From an uncultured Methanosarcinales archaeon (GTDB lineage Archaea > Nanobdellota > Nanobdellia > Woesearchaeales > JACPIF01): a stretch of DNA of 64,000 bases. The DNA is taken from contig CAZRPY010000001.1 of assembly GCA_964602245.1 (NCBI GenBank), positions 152,246 through 216,245 on the forward strand. The letters are read 5' to 3'. The notes beneath the pieces are model-generated. The model had not been told where the DNA came from and did not search any database. It was given only the letters and a program-made list of their open reading frames with translations. Numbering within the stretch: position 1 is the stretch's first letter; each line of letters begins with the position of its first letter. The translations under genes and the position numbers were made by a program. Of this stretch, positions 37,892-47,746 are shown in pieces.

Positions 37892-38198
37892 AAATTTTCC
37901 AGAGGAAGGAACGGTATTTAAATATTTATATTATGAAGAAGACAATACCCCGTGGTTTCTTATGGAGTATTGGCTATTATCTTTGTAGACATATTATATA
38001 TATTTTATATTTATTTTCTATATGGATAATATATATCAGTAATAATAAACAGAAACGTGTTAAAGTATATTAACTAATAGTTAGAATTTCCACAAGAAGA
38101 GACCGTCTAAGTAGGTATTCAGATACGAGTTGTTACTTTTAAATAATAACAACGTAGAAAGATTTAAATACTCTTGGTACAATCCACAATAAGAGAAA
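37892..38198. other. Candidate replication origin (oriC): ORB-like repeats flanking an AT-rich unwinding element
   Basis: The ORB-like repeats are tTTCCAgAgGAAGgAAC (37893-37910) and aTTTCCAcAaGAAGagAcC (38084-38102). They flank a roughly 60-bp tract that is about 90% AT (37985-38045). The region lies immediately upstream of cdc6, as in Pyrococcus. Confidence 0.5.
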
Positions 38199-38999
38199 AT
38201 GATAGTTCAAAAGGAATTTTTAAACAAACTGAAGGATTTCGGGCTTAACTCTTATGAGAGTAGGCTTTGGACCGCTTTGCTTTCAAGAGGTGTTAGTACA
38301 GCTGGCGAGCTAAGCGATATAGCTAATGTTCCAAGGTCAAGAAGCTACGATGTTTTGGAAAGCCTTGAAAAGAAGGGTTTTGTGGTAATGAAGCTTGGTA
38401 AGCCTATTAAGTATATTGCTGTTCAGCCAGAAGAGGTATTTGAAAGGGTTAAGAGAAGGATAAAACAGAACACAGAGGAAAGGCTCGTAATAATAGAGAA
38501 TCTTAAAAACAGTACAGTATTAGATGAGCTGAAGTTAATACATTCACAAGGAATTAATCTTGTTGAGCCAAGTGATTTGTCTGGATCAATTAAGGGCAGA
38601 GAAAACTTATATTCGCATATAGAATCAAGACTTAAGAATGCTAAAAGCTCTATTATAATATCAACAACTTCACAAGGGCTAGTGAGAAAAGCTGCTAATT
38701 TCAAGAAAGCTTTAATGAAAGCAAGCCAAAGAGGAGTTAAGATTAAGATATTAACATCTATCAATAAAGAAAGTCAAGAAGCTATTAAAGAACTGGCAGA
38801 AATTGCAGATATTAGGAATAAGGCTAGTCCTGCCAGATATGTAATAATTGACGGTAAGGAAATAATCTTTATGCTAATAGATGATAAGCAAGTTCATTCA
38901 GATTATGACACAGGCATATGGGTTAGTACACCTTTCTTTACGTCTGCAATAGAAGCTATGTTTAATAGGGAGTGGGAGAGCTGTAAGGTTTATAAATAA
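38199..38999 (+). CDS. TrmB-family transcriptional regulator
   Basis: It has an N-terminal HTH (YESRLWTALLSRGVSTAGELSDIANVPRSRSYDVLESLEKKGFV). Confidence 0.8.
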   Translation: MIVQKEFLNKLKDFGLNSYESRLWTALLSRGVSTAGELSDIANVPRSRSYDVLESLEKKGFVVMKLGKPIKYIAVQPEEVFERVKRRIKQNTEERLVIIENLKNSTVLDELKLIHSQGINLVEPSDLSGSIKGRENLYSHIESRLKNAKSSIIISTTSQGLVRKAANFKKALMKASQRGVKIKILTSINKESQEAIKELAEIADIRNKASPARYVIIDGKEIIFMLIDDKQVHSDYDTGIWVSTPFFTSAIEAMFNREWESCKVYK

Positions 39000-39032
39000 G
39001 CACTATTACATACAAATATAAGAAGGTTTAAA

Positions 39033-39395
39033 ATGAAAAAAATGGTAACATATATGCAAGGCAATCTAGGAGAAATACTAGTTGATTTAGAAGTAAAAAC
39101 AGAAGAATGGGGGATAGGCACACGTTTGGAACGTTTTCCTTTTGTAACTAAAGCTGATTTAGTAGTCGAAGATGGTAGAAAAAGAATCTACGATGACGCC
39201 GGAGCTAGTCCATATTCAATGCATATTAAAGCTGTTTCGTATCTAGAACAACAGGGTTTCAGAAGAGTAGGGACAGAATTATTAAGGCATGGTGTTCCTG
39301 AAGAGGAAGTTTGGAGTACTGGAAGAAGAAAAGCTGTCTTGCAAGAACAAGGAAGAGAATTGTATGCTCACCCTTCTCGATTAGCCAAAAAATAA
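39033..39395 (+). CDS. Hypothetical protein with atypical composition for this window (Gly/Arg/Glu-rich, locally higher GC)
   Basis: It is a 120-aa ORF. Its codon choices (cgt, gcc, ggc, cga) are rare elsewhere in the window. Confidence 0.4.
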   Translation: MKKMVTYMQGNLGEILVDLEVKTEEWGIGTRLERFPFVTKADLVVEDGRKRIYDDAGASPYSMHIKAVSYLEQQGFRRVGTELLRHGVPEEEVWSTGRRKAVLQEQGRELYAHPSRLAKK

Positions 39396-39529
39396 TTTAA
39401 GTGCATATATTAAGCTTACTATCAATAAAAGTTTCTATATTACAAATTAGCTATCCCATCTTTCCAAAACTTTTATATACTAAAACACTTATATTCAAAT
39501 AAGTCTGTTGTTTAAAAAGGAGGGATAGG

Positions 39530-39736
39530 ATGGCTTTAGATGTGCAAGGGGTTACACTTTCTGTTATTATTGGCACTTTAGCTGCAATTGTTTATTCATT
39601 AAGAATTCTAGTGTTAATGGAAAGAAGAGTTGCAAGAGTTGAAGAGCATCTTGAGAATATAGCAAAAAAGATATTGCGAGAAGAATTGAGAATAGAGAAA
39701 TCTTTAGGGAGAAGAGCTAGGAAATCAAGAAGATGA
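39530..39736 (+). CDS. Small TM protein with a basic coiled C-terminus
   Basis: It is 68 aa. A strong SD-like aggaggg lies 6-12 nt upstream of the ATG. Confidence 0.4.
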   Translation: MALDVQGVTLSVIIGTLAAIVYSLRILVLMERRVARVEEHLENIAKKILREELRIEKSLGRRARKSRR

Positions 39737-40123
39737 CTTCTCTATTAGCTCATCAATAAGCAAACCTCTTCTCTGTGCAATTTTATAATCAATAACATAG
39801 CCATTCTCCGTTTTCTCTATATCTTCTGGGCTTAAGAACAACCAATCTTTTCTTGTAAACCTAACTGCGAACCATGGCTCTGCTCCAAAAGCATTGCAAA
39901 ATTCTACTAACTGGTTAATATCTTCCTTACTCAGGTATTTCTTTTTCTTCTTTGTTGACTTACATTCAATTGCTAATACCCTTGCTTTATTACTAACAAT
40001 TAAATCTGGGCCAGGATACTTCATAGAGCCAGAGCCAGCTGAGCGCAAGGTAGCAAAACCTCTCTGCCAAAACATATGCAATAATTCCCTTTCAGCATTA
40101 GAGCCTTTAGCTTTATTAGCCAT
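39725..40123 (-). CDS. hjc: Holliday junction resolvase Hjc
   Basis: The sequence GSNAERELLHMFWQRGFATLRSAGSG...LAIECKSTKKKK...YLSKEDINQLVEF...PWFAVRF matches the archaeal Hjc nuclease fold. Confidence 0.85.
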   Translation of the reverse strand: MANKAKGSNAERELLHMFWQRGFATLRSAGSGSMKYPGPDLIVSNKARVLAIECKSTKKKKKYLSKEDINQLVEFCNAFGAEPWFAVRFTRKDWLFLSPEDIEKTENGYVIDYKIAQRRGLLIDELIEKSSS

Positions 40124-40130
40124 ATCACAC

Positions 40131-41021
40131 CTAGCTTCTAATTTCCATAAAATCCTCAGCAGATATTACATTATCAAAATAATCTCTGGCATCTTTTTCA
40201 ATATCATAAGTGTTTTTATATCTAGTACTAAAATGTGCTAAAACTAATTTCTTAGCACTACTTTTACTTGCAATTAATGCTGCATCTTTTGCAGTTAGAT
40301 GCATATATTTCTCAGCTTTGTCATCTAAGTTAGAAGCATAAACGGCTTCACATACTAAGATATCTACATTGTTAGCAATTTTATAGCAATTCTCGTTAAG
40401 ACTTGTATCTAGGATTATACCGATTTTTTGTCCAGGACTAATTTTTCCAGTATCCCTTGGTTTTATTTTCCTACCTTTATAAGTTAAAGATTCTCCTTTT
40501 TGTAATTTACCTACTAAAAGGCTCGGAAGCTTTAGGGCTTTTATTTTACTGGGGTCTATTTTCCATTTATCTTTTTCTTTAATTGAATAAGCAACACAAG
40601 TAATGCTATGTTTCATTGGATAAGACTCTATAATCAAAGATTCATCCTCATAATTAATGCCTTCTACTACTTCTATTACTTTAATATCAAGCTTATTATC
40701 AAATTCAAAAGCCCTAAATGCTAAATCCAACCTTTCCTTAGTGCCTTTAGGGCCGTAAATTTCCAACTTTTCATTATAATCACTTGCACTCATTGTTTGC
40801 AATAACCCAGGAATGCCTAGAACATGGTCACCATGCCAATGAGTTATTAGTATTTTATTTATCTTAGACAGCTTTATTCCAGCAATTTTTAGTTGCCTTT
40901 GAGTACCTTCACCACAATCAACTAGAAAACCTTTATCCTTATAAGTAATAAAAAGGGAGAAATGATTTCTATCCTTAGTAGGCTTCATACAAGATGTACC
41001 TAAAAATTTCAAAATAAACAT
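40131..41021 (-). CDS. rnz: Ribonuclease Z (tRNA 3-prime endonuclease), metallo-beta-lactamase fold
   Basis: It has the ITHWHGDHVLG motif. Confidence 0.85.
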   Translation of the reverse strand: MFILKFLGTSCMKPTKDRNHFSLFITYKDKGFLVDCGEGTQRQLKIAGIKLSKINKILITHWHGDHVLGIPGLLQTMSASDYNEKLEIYGPKGTKERLDLAFRAFEFDNKLDIKVIEVVEGINYEDESLIIESYPMKHSITCVAYSIKEKDKWKIDPSKIKALKLPSLLVGKLQKGESLTYKGRKIKPRDTGKISPGQKIGIILDTSLNENCYKIANNVDILVCEAVYASNLDDKAEKYMHLTAKDAALIASKSSAKKLVLAHFSTRYKNTYDIEKDARDYFDNVISAEDFMEIRS

Positions 41022-41145
41022 AACAAATGCTAATCAAGCTTTATTTATAATTTTATACCCACCAAAAGAACACAATATTATTTACAATATTGAAAATAAA
41101 ATATATGTAAAAACATTTTAATATAGAGCAAAACTACTTTTAATT

Positions 41146-41715
41146 ATGAGCAAAAAGAAAGAAGAAATGATGGAAGAAAAGAAAGATAAAAAACAGATAA
41201 AAGCTGTGCTTTCAAGAGAGAAAGTTATAACTGAAGCATCAAGCGAGGCAAAAGAGCTTTATGAACAGGGCAGGTATGGCATACTTTTAGAGGAAGGCAG
41301 AATGCAGCTATCTTTAATAGAGGCTCTTTACCTTCTAGAAAAAAAGAGGCTAATTGTTTTTGATAACAGGAATAAGGAAATTATAGTTGAGAAATTCATT
41401 AAGAAGGCAGAAAAAATTGACAAGAATTTCTGGGTTAAATTTTGTGTTTACAAAGATATAAGAAATCGTGGCTATATTGTCAAGACAGCTTTGAAATTTG
41501 GAGCAGATTTTAGGGTATATGACAGGGGAGTTAAACCAGGAGAGGATCACGCTAGATGGATATTATACCCTGTGCATGAGAGCGAGCATCTGACTTGGTA
41601 TGATTTTGCAGCTAAAAATAGAGTTGCACATTCTACTAAAAAAAGACTGCTGGTAGGAATAGTTGATGATGAAGGGGATGTTACTTACTATGAGATTAAA
41701 TGGATGAGGCCATGA
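41146..41715 (+). CDS. endA: tRNA-splicing endonuclease
   Basis: The C-terminal catalytic domain reads KFGADFRVYDRG...HARWILYPV. Confidence 0.8.
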   Translation: MSKKKEEMMEEKKDKKQIKAVLSREKVITEASSEAKELYEQGRYGILLEEGRMQLSLIEALYLLEKKRLIVFDNRNKEIIVEKFIKKAEKIDKNFWVKFCVYKDIRNRGYIVKTALKFGADFRVYDRGVKPGEDHARWILYPVHESEHLTWYDFAAKNRVAHSTKKRLLVGIVDDEGDVTYYEIKWMRP

Positions 41716-42581
41716 GCAGAGAAAAGATATTACAGATAATAAAAGATAGAGGGCCTGTGCTGCCAGTACAAATATCAAAAGAGATAGGAACAAACATACT
41801 TTTTGCATCCGCGATGTTATCAGAGTTAGTTGCAAGAAAAGAGTTAAAAGTCTCTAACTTAAAGATAGGAAGTAGTCCATTATACTTTATTCCTGGGCAA
41901 GAGCACATGCTAGAAAATTTTATTGATAAATTAAATGAGAAAGACAAGGTATCTTATACATTAATTAAAGAGGAAAAATTAGTAAGAGATAATGAGGAAA
42001 CTCCACTAACAAGAGTAGCTTTAAGATCTATTAAAGATTTTGCAATACCTCTAGAGGTAACTCATAATAATAGAAAGGAAATATTCTGGAAGTGGTATAA
42101 ATTAGATAATAAAGATGCAGAAGGTTATATAAAAAAGATATTAGACTCAAATAAATTAATAGCAGTTAAAAAAGATGAAAAAATAGAGCAAAAGAAAGAA
42201 AAAGTAAAACTAGAAAAAGAACAAAAGCAGAAAAGAGAAGAGGTAAAGGTAAAATTAAAAGATACTAAAAAAGATAGCTTTTATTTGAAGTTAGAGGATT
42301 TTTTAAAGAAAGCACATTTCACCTTTAAAGATTCTAATACTAAGAAACACGAGGGTTTATTGGGAATGGAAAGTTCTATTGGAGATATTATATTCTATTA
42401 TATTACAAAAAATAAGAAAAATATCACTGAAAAAGATATAGGCGAGGCAGTTGCGCAAAGCCAGTTACAAAATTTACCAGTTATCATACTTTCTAGCGGA
42501 AATTTGAATAGGAAGGCCAGCATTATGCTTGAAAAATTTAAAAACATATATTTTAGAAAAATAGATGAAAATGGGAGTTAA
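41700..42581 (+). CDS. Hypothetical protein with an N-terminal winged-helix-like domain and a Lys/Glu-rich middle
   Basis: It is 293 aa. The start may be the ATG at 41712 (MSREKILQ...). Confidence 0.45.
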   Translation: MDEAMSREKILQIIKDRGPVLPVQISKEIGTNILFASAMLSELVARKELKVSNLKIGSSPLYFIPGQEHMLENFIDKLNEKDKVSYTLIKEEKLVRDNEETPLTRVALRSIKDFAIPLEVTHNNRKEIFWKWYKLDNKDAEGYIKKILDSNKLIAVKKDEKIEQKKEKVKLEKEQKQKREEVKVKLKDTKKDSFYLKLEDFLKKAHFTFKDSNTKKHEGLLGMESSIGDIIFYYITKNKKNITEKDIGEAVAQSQLQNLPVIILSSGNLNRKASIMLEKFKNIYFRKIDENGS

Positions 42582-43602
42582 TCTTGCAGAAATTCTAATT
42601 TCAAGAGAAATTAAGGCTGAAGATTTAAAAGGCAAGGTAATAGCGGTTGATGCATCTAACTGGATTTATCAGTTCTTATCAGTAATAAGACAGCCTGATG
42701 GAAGTTTATTGACAGATAGAAAAGGAAGAGTGACATCACATTTAATGGGGTTATTTACAAGGAACATAAAGCTTATACAATTAGGAATTAGTGTTGTTTA
42801 TGTCTTTGATGGAAAGCCGCCAGATTTAAAAATAGTAACACAGCAAAAAAGGCAAGAAACCAAGGCTAATGCAGAGAAAGAATATAAGAAAGCTTTAGCA
42901 AAGCAAGATATTGAAGAGATGAGAAAATATGCAGCAATGACATCTAGGCTTACTGAGGAGATGGTGGCAGAATCAAAAGAGCTGCTCCAAGCCTTAGGAA
43001 TAGCTATTTTACAAGCACCTTCTGAAGGAGAGGCGCAAGCCGCATTCTTAGTTAAAAATAAAGATGCTTATGCTGTTGGAAGTCAAGATACAGACTCAAT
43101 GCTTTTTGGTGCAATAAGAGCAGTAAGAAATCTAGGATTTTCAAGCAAACGAAGAATAGGTAAAGCAAGATATGTTAGTATTTCTCCAGAATTATTTGAC
43201 TTGAAAGAAAACTTAAAGCACCAGGATATTACTTATGAACAATTAATAGTTTTAGCAATACTTGTAGGGACAGACTATAATTATGGAGGCATTCCAGGCA
43301 TAGGACCGAAAAAGGCACTAGGTTTAGTTAAAAAATACGGAAAGAATTTTGATAAGATATTCTCAGAGGTTAGATGGAAGCAATATTTTAACTATTCATG
43401 GAAGGAAGTATTTGACCTGTTTTTAAAAATGGATGTTACTGATAAATATAAAATAAAACAAATTCTTCCAAATAGAGATAAAATATTAAAGATACTAATT
43501 GAGGACCATGATTTTTCTGAGGGAAGGGTTAATAGCCTGCTAGAACCTTTTTTAGAATACTGTAAAAAAAAACAGAAAGGTCTTGGTGAGTTCTTTGACT
43601 AA
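42565..43602 (+). CDS. fen: Flap endonuclease FEN-1
   Basis: The N-terminus MGVNLAEIL...VIAVDASNWIYQFLSVIR carries the XPG N/I domains. Confidence 0.95.
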   Translation: MKMGVNLAEILISREIKAEDLKGKVIAVDASNWIYQFLSVIRQPDGSLLTDRKGRVTSHLMGLFTRNIKLIQLGISVVYVFDGKPPDLKIVTQQKRQETKANAEKEYKKALAKQDIEEMRKYAAMTSRLTEEMVAESKELLQALGIAILQAPSEGEAQAAFLVKNKDAYAVGSQDTDSMLFGAIRAVRNLGFSSKRRIGKARYVSISPELFDLKENLKHQDITYEQLIVLAILVGTDYNYGGIPGIGPKKALGLVKKYGKNFDKIFSEVRWKQYFNYSWKEVFDLFLKMDVTDKYKIKQILPNRDKILKILIEDHDFSEGRVNSLLEPFLEYCKKKQKGLGEFFD

Positions 43603-44425
43603 AACTTTAAAAGATATGCTAAAATCATACCTAAGTAAAGATGAGATAGATTATGTTAGGACTAGTTATGACATTATAGGAGACATAGCCTTAATTGAGA
43701 TTCCTCTAGAACTTAGGAAAAAAGAAAAGATTATAGCACAAGCTATAATTGAAAGACATAAAAATGTTAAAACAGTTGCAAAAAAAGCAGGAATACATTC
43801 AGGAGAGTTTAGAACACAAAAAATTAAAGTAATTCTTGGGAGAAAAAAAACAGAAACAATGCACAAAGAAAGCTTAGTTAGAATAATGTTAGATGTCGGA
43901 AAAGTTTATTTCTCTCCACGGCTAGCTTCAGAAAGATTAAGAATAGCTAAGCTTGTGAAACCAAATGAGATTATATTAGTTATGTTTTCCGGATGTGGGC
44001 CATACCCTTTAGTTATAGCTAAGAATTCTCAAGCTAAAGTTATTCACGGAATAGAAAAGAATCCTATAGCGCATGAATACGCGGTTAAAAATGTTAAATT
44101 GAATAAATTAGAAAAGAAAATAATTCTAATAAAAGGAGATGTTAAAAAAGTTATTAAAAATTTATCACAGAAATTTGATAGGATAGTAATGCCTTTGCCA
44201 AAGGATTCTGAGAGTTTTCTTAAAGAGGCTTTAAGTGTTGCAAAAAGTGTTAGCTACCTTCATTATTATACATTCTCTTCATTAGAAGACTCTAAGCAAA
44301 CAGCACTAAATATTAAAGATGCAATAAAGATTTTAGGCAGGAATTGTGAGATACTTAATATAGTAAAATGCGGGCAATACTCTCCTAGAGTTTATAGGAT
44401 TTGTATTGATTTTTTGCTGAGTTGA
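43583..44425 (+). CDS. Class I SAM-dependent methyltransferase of the Trm5/Taw2 (Met-10+) family
   Basis: It has IIGDIALIEIPLELRKKEKIIAQAIIERHKNVKTVAKK. The track ORF starts at a GTG, and the ATG at 43616 is a plausible alternative start. Confidence 0.7.
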   Translation: MVSSLTKTLKDMLKSYLSKDEIDYVRTSYDIIGDIALIEIPLELRKKEKIIAQAIIERHKNVKTVAKKAGIHSGEFRTQKIKVILGRKKTETMHKESLVRIMLDVGKVYFSPRLASERLRIAKLVKPNEIILVMFSGCGPYPLVIAKNSQAKVIHGIEKNPIAHEYAVKNVKLNKLEKKIILIKGDVKKVIKNLSQKFDRIVMPLPKDSESFLKEALSVAKSVSYLHYYTFSSLEDSKQTALNIKDAIKILGRNCEILNIVKCGQYSPRVYRICIDFLLS

Positions 44426-45069
44426 TTATTATGGTAATTAATAACATCATATTTGATTGGTCTGGAACAATTAGTAATGATTTATTACCAGTTTGGAAGG
44501 CTTCAAGTTATACATTTAAGTATTTTGGAATAAAACCTTTAACTCTTAAAGAGTTTAGAACAGAATTTATACTACCTTATATGAACTTTTATTCGAAATT
44601 TAAAAAAGACATTAGCAAAAAGGAATGTGATGAAGTATTCTTTAAGAAATTTAAGTTACTAAGAGAGCCAAAACCTTTTCCAAAAGTTAAGCTAATTCTT
44701 AGATATTTGAAATTAAAAGGCATAAAGTTAATTATTCTAAGCTCTCATCCACAGAAAGAGATAGAAAAAGAATTAAAAAGATATAAGTTGGGTGATTATT
44801 TTAGATGTATTTATGGAGGAATTCATGATAAAACAAGTGGGATAGTGAGAGTTATAAAAGATAATAAACTTAAACGAAGAGAAACTGCATTTGTTGGAGA
44901 TATGACTTCAGATATAAAAGCAGGAAAGAAAACAAAAGTAATAACTATTGCTGTCACATGGGGATACCACTTGAAAGATAAATTATTAGAAGCAAAACCA
45001 GACTACATAATTAATAATTTTTATGAGCTGAAAAGAATCATTTCTGATACAGAAAATAACAAAATATAA
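44422..45069 (+). CDS. HAD-superfamily hydrolase
   Basis: Motif I is IIFDWSGT and motif IV is VGDMTSDIKAG. Confidence 0.7.
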   Translation: MIIMVINNIIFDWSGTISNDLLPVWKASSYTFKYFGIKPLTLKEFRTEFILPYMNFYSKFKKDISKKECDEVFFKKFKLLREPKPFPKVKLILRYLKLKGIKLIILSSHPQKEIEKELKRYKLGDYFRCIYGGIHDKTSGIVRVIKDNKLKRRETAFVGDMTSDIKAGKKTKVITIAVTWGYHLKDKLLEAKPDYIINNFYELKRIISDTENNKI

Positions 45070-45250
45070 AAGAATAAGCTAATTAGCAAAATTAAATTGG
45101 TGCAATATGCTCGAGGAAGAAGTGAACACCATGAGAGCTTAGGCTATGATCAATAGGAGTAACTGCTGAGAGCATGCAAAACCAATATTCCGATAGAAAA
45201 TGCACTTAGCCAAACATACTAAAAAATCATAGATTTTTTGTCGTTCGGCT

Positions 45251-46411
45251 TTAACCGAACATGTTAAGATAATCTTTTCCTTCTAGCTCTTCTTCTCTCT
45301 TAACTTTTTCAAAAGCCCTTTTGAAGTCTTCAAATGTTACTTTCGCTCTAAAATCCCTTATAGCAAAATAACCTGCTTCTGTGCAAACGGCTTTTATCTC
45401 TGCTCCTGAAAAACTCTCCATAAGATCTATTATCTTATCGAAGTTGATGCCTTTATCATAGTTCATATTTGCTGTGTGGATTTTTAGAATTTGGCTTCTG
45501 CCATCCTTATCCGGCAGATCTATTTTTATTAGCCTATCTAATCTTCCAGGTCTAGTTATTGCAGGATCTAGGATATCTCTTCTGTTACTGCAACCAACTA
45601 TTTTTACATTACCTAAAGGCTTAAAACCATCTATTTCTGCAAGGAGCTGCATAAATGTCCTTTGGACTTCTCTCTCACCAGAAGTACCAATGTCAATCCT
45701 AGTTGCTGCTAATGCATCCAACTCGTCAATAAATATTATTGAAGGAGCTTTTTCCTTTGCAAGCTGAAAAATCTCTTTAACTAACTTTGCTCCTTCTCCT
45801 ATAAACTTCTGTACTAACTCTGAGCCAACAATTTCTATAAAAGTGGAGTTTGTTGAAGAGGCAACAGCCTTTGCCAATAAAGTTTTTCCAGTGCCAGGAG
45901 GACCATAAAGTAAAATTCCTTTAGGAGGCTGTATCCCAACTTTCTTAAATAACTCAGGGGATTTTAAAGGAAGCTCTATAACCTCTTTAATTTCCTCTAT
46001 CTGCCTGCTCAAACCACCTACCTTATTCCAACTAACCTTTGGATTTTCAATAATAACAAATTTCTCAACATTAAATTTCTTTGTGCTGTTAATCTTCTTC
46101 ACAAGAGTTAAGTTCTTCTGCTCTGCAAGTACAGTGTCACCAACATTAATCTGCCGGCAGTCATTTGAAATTTCTACAAGAAACTCATTGCCATTCTGCA
46201 GCCTTACTATAGCGTTGTTGTCTATAATATCCTGGATTTCACATACTATTAGTGGGGTTTTCTTGAATCTTTCAAGCTCAAGCTTTAGATTTTCAACAGT
46301 GTCCCTTAACAGCCTGTTCTCTTCTTCTAGTTTAGGGATATGCATAGCATAATTATAAATAACACTATCCAATAATTCCCTGTCTTTTTCTTTTGACTCA
46401 GAATTTTCCAT
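45251..46411 (-). CDS. pan: Proteasome-activating nucleotidase PAN (AAA+ ATPase)
   Basis: It has an N-terminal coiled coil, an OB domain and GPPGTGKT. The track ORF extends to 46468. The internal Met at 46411 avoids overlap with the upstream gene. Confidence 0.85.
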   Translation of the reverse strand: MENSESKEKDRELLDSVIYNYAMHIPKLEEENRLLRDTVENLKLELERFKKTPLIVCEIQDIIDNNAIVRLQNGNEFLVEISNDCRQINVGDTVLAEQKNLTLVKKINSTKKFNVEKFVIIENPKVSWNKVGGLSRQIEEIKEVIELPLKSPELFKKVGIQPPKGILLYGPPGTGKTLLAKAVASSTNSTFIEIVGSELVQKFIGEGAKLVKEIFQLAKEKAPSIIFIDELDALAATRIDIGTSGEREVQRTFMQLLAEIDGFKPLGNVKIVGCSNRRDILDPAITRPGRLDRLIKIDLPDKDGRSQILKIHTANMNYDKGINFDKIIDLMESFSGAEIKAVCTEAGYFAIRDFRAKVTFEDFKRAFEKVKREEELEGKDYLNMFG

Positions 46412-46413
46412 AT

Positions 46414-47745
46414 TTATAGCTCTAAAGGCATTGTTATATTTAAACCTTTCACCAAAATACTTGGACAAGTAACAGGCTTTTCAGCCTCCCAGCCTTTAAT
46501 CTGCTCACTATTATTAGCAATACTAATTATATTTTGCAAGATATTTAGCATATTATCACTTATCCTTATATTTTTAATTGGATATTTAATTTTTCCGTTT
46601 TCTATATAAAATATACCATCTCTCGGTATTGTAGAGAAATCCCCAGTCATTACATTTGTTGCTCTTGTATACCAAACATTTGTGACATATATTCCTTTTT
46701 TTATGCTTTCTAGGAGCTTGCTAAATTTATTCTTACCCTGCTTCAGAATTATATTTCTAGGCTCTGGAGCTATAATACCAGCATTTCCTGTACTTTTAAC
46801 TTTGTATTTTTTTGCTGTGAAAGTATTATGAAGATAATTCTTAAATATCCCATTTTCAATAATTACAGTATCTTGGCTCGGATAGCCTTCAGCATCACAT
46901 TTGCTTGAGCCTAGTCCATTCTTTAGTAGACCATTATCGTAAATATTAATAATATCAGATGCAACTTTCTTGTTTAGAGAGTTTTGGAAAAATGAAAGAC
47001 CTGATTCCATATTAAATATTGAGGCTGAATTTCCAACCAACTCCAATAAATTAGCAAAAGGTAAAGGATCAAAAAGAATGTCAAACTTTCCAACATTACC
47101 ATTAATAGGATTTTTTGCCATTATAGCAGTTTGTGCAGCCTTTTTGGCAGCTTTCTCAGCATTAAATTTGTTTAAGACTCTTGAAACAGAAATATTATGG
47201 CCAGAAGCATCCTTATCTGTAAAAGCCCTTATTGAGAAATAAATATAAGTTCCTTTTTCTCTTGCCTCTATTTTGCCAGAGGTTAAAAGTAAAGATTCAT
47301 TCTCACAGGATTCTGTAACACCAGCTACTCTTCTAGCACCATTTGCCAAAGCACAATTAATACCTCTTTCAGTAATGTCAAATATTTTATTTCCTAGGTT
47401 CGCTATTTTCTTATCATAAGACTCAGATATTTCCTTATATTTAAAAGGTCCTTGGGCTATACCATTATAATCGCGATTCTCTGCCGAGGATCTAGCAAAA
47501 TTAACTAAACTCTTTGCTAATTTTATTTTATCAGTATCTATATTCTTTATATCACTGAAAACTAATTTTTTGCCAATAGAACCAAAAATAGCTAGATCAT
47601 AATTTTCCAAGTTTTTAACAATGCTTATCTTATTATTATTAAATTTTATATGATTAATGTTGCTTCTAGTTAAGGCTACTATAACATCATTCATTTCTTG
47701 CTGTAAATCTTTAAATAATATTCTACTGTCCTGCTCAAACTTCAT
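46414..47745 (-). CDS. TldD/PmbA family (peptidase U62) protein, PmbA-like
   Basis: It is 443 aa and paired with an upstream TldD-like gene. Confidence 0.75.
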   Translation of the reverse strand: MKFEQDSRILFKDLQQEMNDVIVALTRSNINHIKFNNNKISIVKNLENYDLAIFGSIGKKLVFSDIKNIDTDKIKLAKSLVNFARSSAENRDYNGIAQGPFKYKEISESYDKKIANLGNKIFDITERGINCALANGARRVAGVTESCENESLLLTSGKIEAREKGTYIYFSIRAFTDKDASGHNISVSRVLNKFNAEKAAKKAAQTAIMAKNPINGNVGKFDILFDPLPFANLLELVGNSASIFNMESGLSFFQNSLNKKVASDIINIYDNGLLKNGLGSSKCDAEGYPSQDTVIIENGIFKNYLHNTFTAKKYKVKSTGNAGIIAPEPRNIILKQGKNKFSKLLESIKKGIYVTNVWYTRATNVMTGDFSTIPRDGIFYIENGKIKYPIKNIRISDNMLNILQNIISIANNSEQIKGWEAEKPVTCPSILVKGLNITMPLEL

Positions 47746-47746
47746 T

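Noticed and set aside
41563-41947. Minus-strand ORFs of 90, 83 and 66 aa overlapping endA and the downstream gene
   Set aside because: They are antisense to well-supported plus-strand genes.
45090-45200. Possible tRNA or ncRNA in the HAD/PAN convergent intergenic region
   Set aside because: No cloverleaf could be built. Its similarity to the 3-copy element is superficial (gcatgcaaaacc only).
45238-45262. Hairpin gttcggc-ttta-accgaac at the PAN stop as an intrinsic terminator
   Set aside because: On the PAN (minus) transcript it would be followed by an A-run, not a U-run. A T-run does exist on the plus strand after the HAD gene, so at most it is a bidirectional boundary element. The evidence is too weak to annotate.
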